From: Eledone cirrhosa | Taxonomy: Eukaryota | Direction of reading: 5' to 3' | DNA length: 64,000 nt | NCBI GenBank assembly: GCA_964016885.1 | Contig: OZ024740.1 | Coordinates: 251,100,001 to 251,164,000, forward strand | Part shown: positions 63,901-64,000 of the stretch, piece by piece | Position numbering within the stretch: the first letter of the stretch is position 1 | How the letters are laid out: each line of letters starts with the position of its first letter | Translations under genes and position numbers: made by a program | Notes under the pieces: generated by a model | Seen by the model: the letters and a program-made list of their open reading frames with translations, nothing else | Database searches by the model: none | Told to the model about the DNA's origin: nothing

Positions 63901-64000
63901 AAAAACCTAAAATAATCAATTTTTTTCTACTTTTAGAAATATTAAAAAAATTGATTTTTTTGATCAAAAACCTAAAATATTCTATTTTTCGAAAAACCTA
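48197..64000 (-). repeat. Long reverse-orientation satellite arm
   Basis: Switch at tga|tca 48196/48197, with cctagt marker at 48660. Stays reversed to the window end and carries private variants (atactt, ttttatca, ctaaagta, ttctgatc, atttatttttttgatta). Confidence 0.97.

Larger units (their letters stand above)
1358..64000. repeat. AT-rich satellite DNA array; 91-bp monomer interspersed with a 46-bp short monomer; runs off the right end of the window
   Basis: Consensus gtagaaaaaaattgattattttaggtttttcgaaaaatagaatattttaggtttttgatcaaaaaaatcaattttt(g/t)aaatatttcgaaaa. 'gattatttt' recurs at 1441, 1532 (+91) and 1578 (+46). 16/91 bases are G+C. The supplied track shows no ORFs after 1283. Confidence 0.99.

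Noticed and set aside
1358-64000. CRISPR array interpretation
   Set aside because: There are no unique spacers (every interval is repeated), no cas genes, and the context is eukaryotic.
1358-64000. Telomeric repeat (TTAGG / TTTTAGG) or telomere-fusion site
   Set aside because: TTAGG occurs only as isolated motifs, two per 91 bp, never in tandem. A telomeric ancestry cannot be supported from this alone.

Overview
Eukaryotic (probably invertebrate) heterochromatin edge with no intact gene. The first ~1.36 kb is a stack of transposon debris. It holds a SINE/LINE-like 3' end with a 112-bp tandem duplication and a (GAT)6 tail, then a 258-bp MITE-like element with 92-bp inverted arms. Next, on the minus strand, is a degenerate, internally deleted Penelope-like retroelement fragment (IWFSPPFS and WKxITKSKPY...LNSRNEI motifs) followed by a minimal hammerhead ribozyme. 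From 1358 to the window end (~62.6 kb) is one AT-rich satellite (~18% GC) made of a 91-bp monomer and a 46-bp deletion derivative. The monomer is a chain of short palindromes, and the array switches strand seven times, always at two of those internal symmetry elements. This gives three copies of a ~1.45-kb inverted cassette plus a final switch at 48196/48197 into a reverse arm of at least 15.8 kb with its own variants. Diagnostic variants reveal nested higher-order repeats (501, 2045 and 10556 bp; a 5.4-kb copy displaced by 35456 bp). Family assignments come from recalled motifs, not database searches. Coordinates and offsets were counted by eye.
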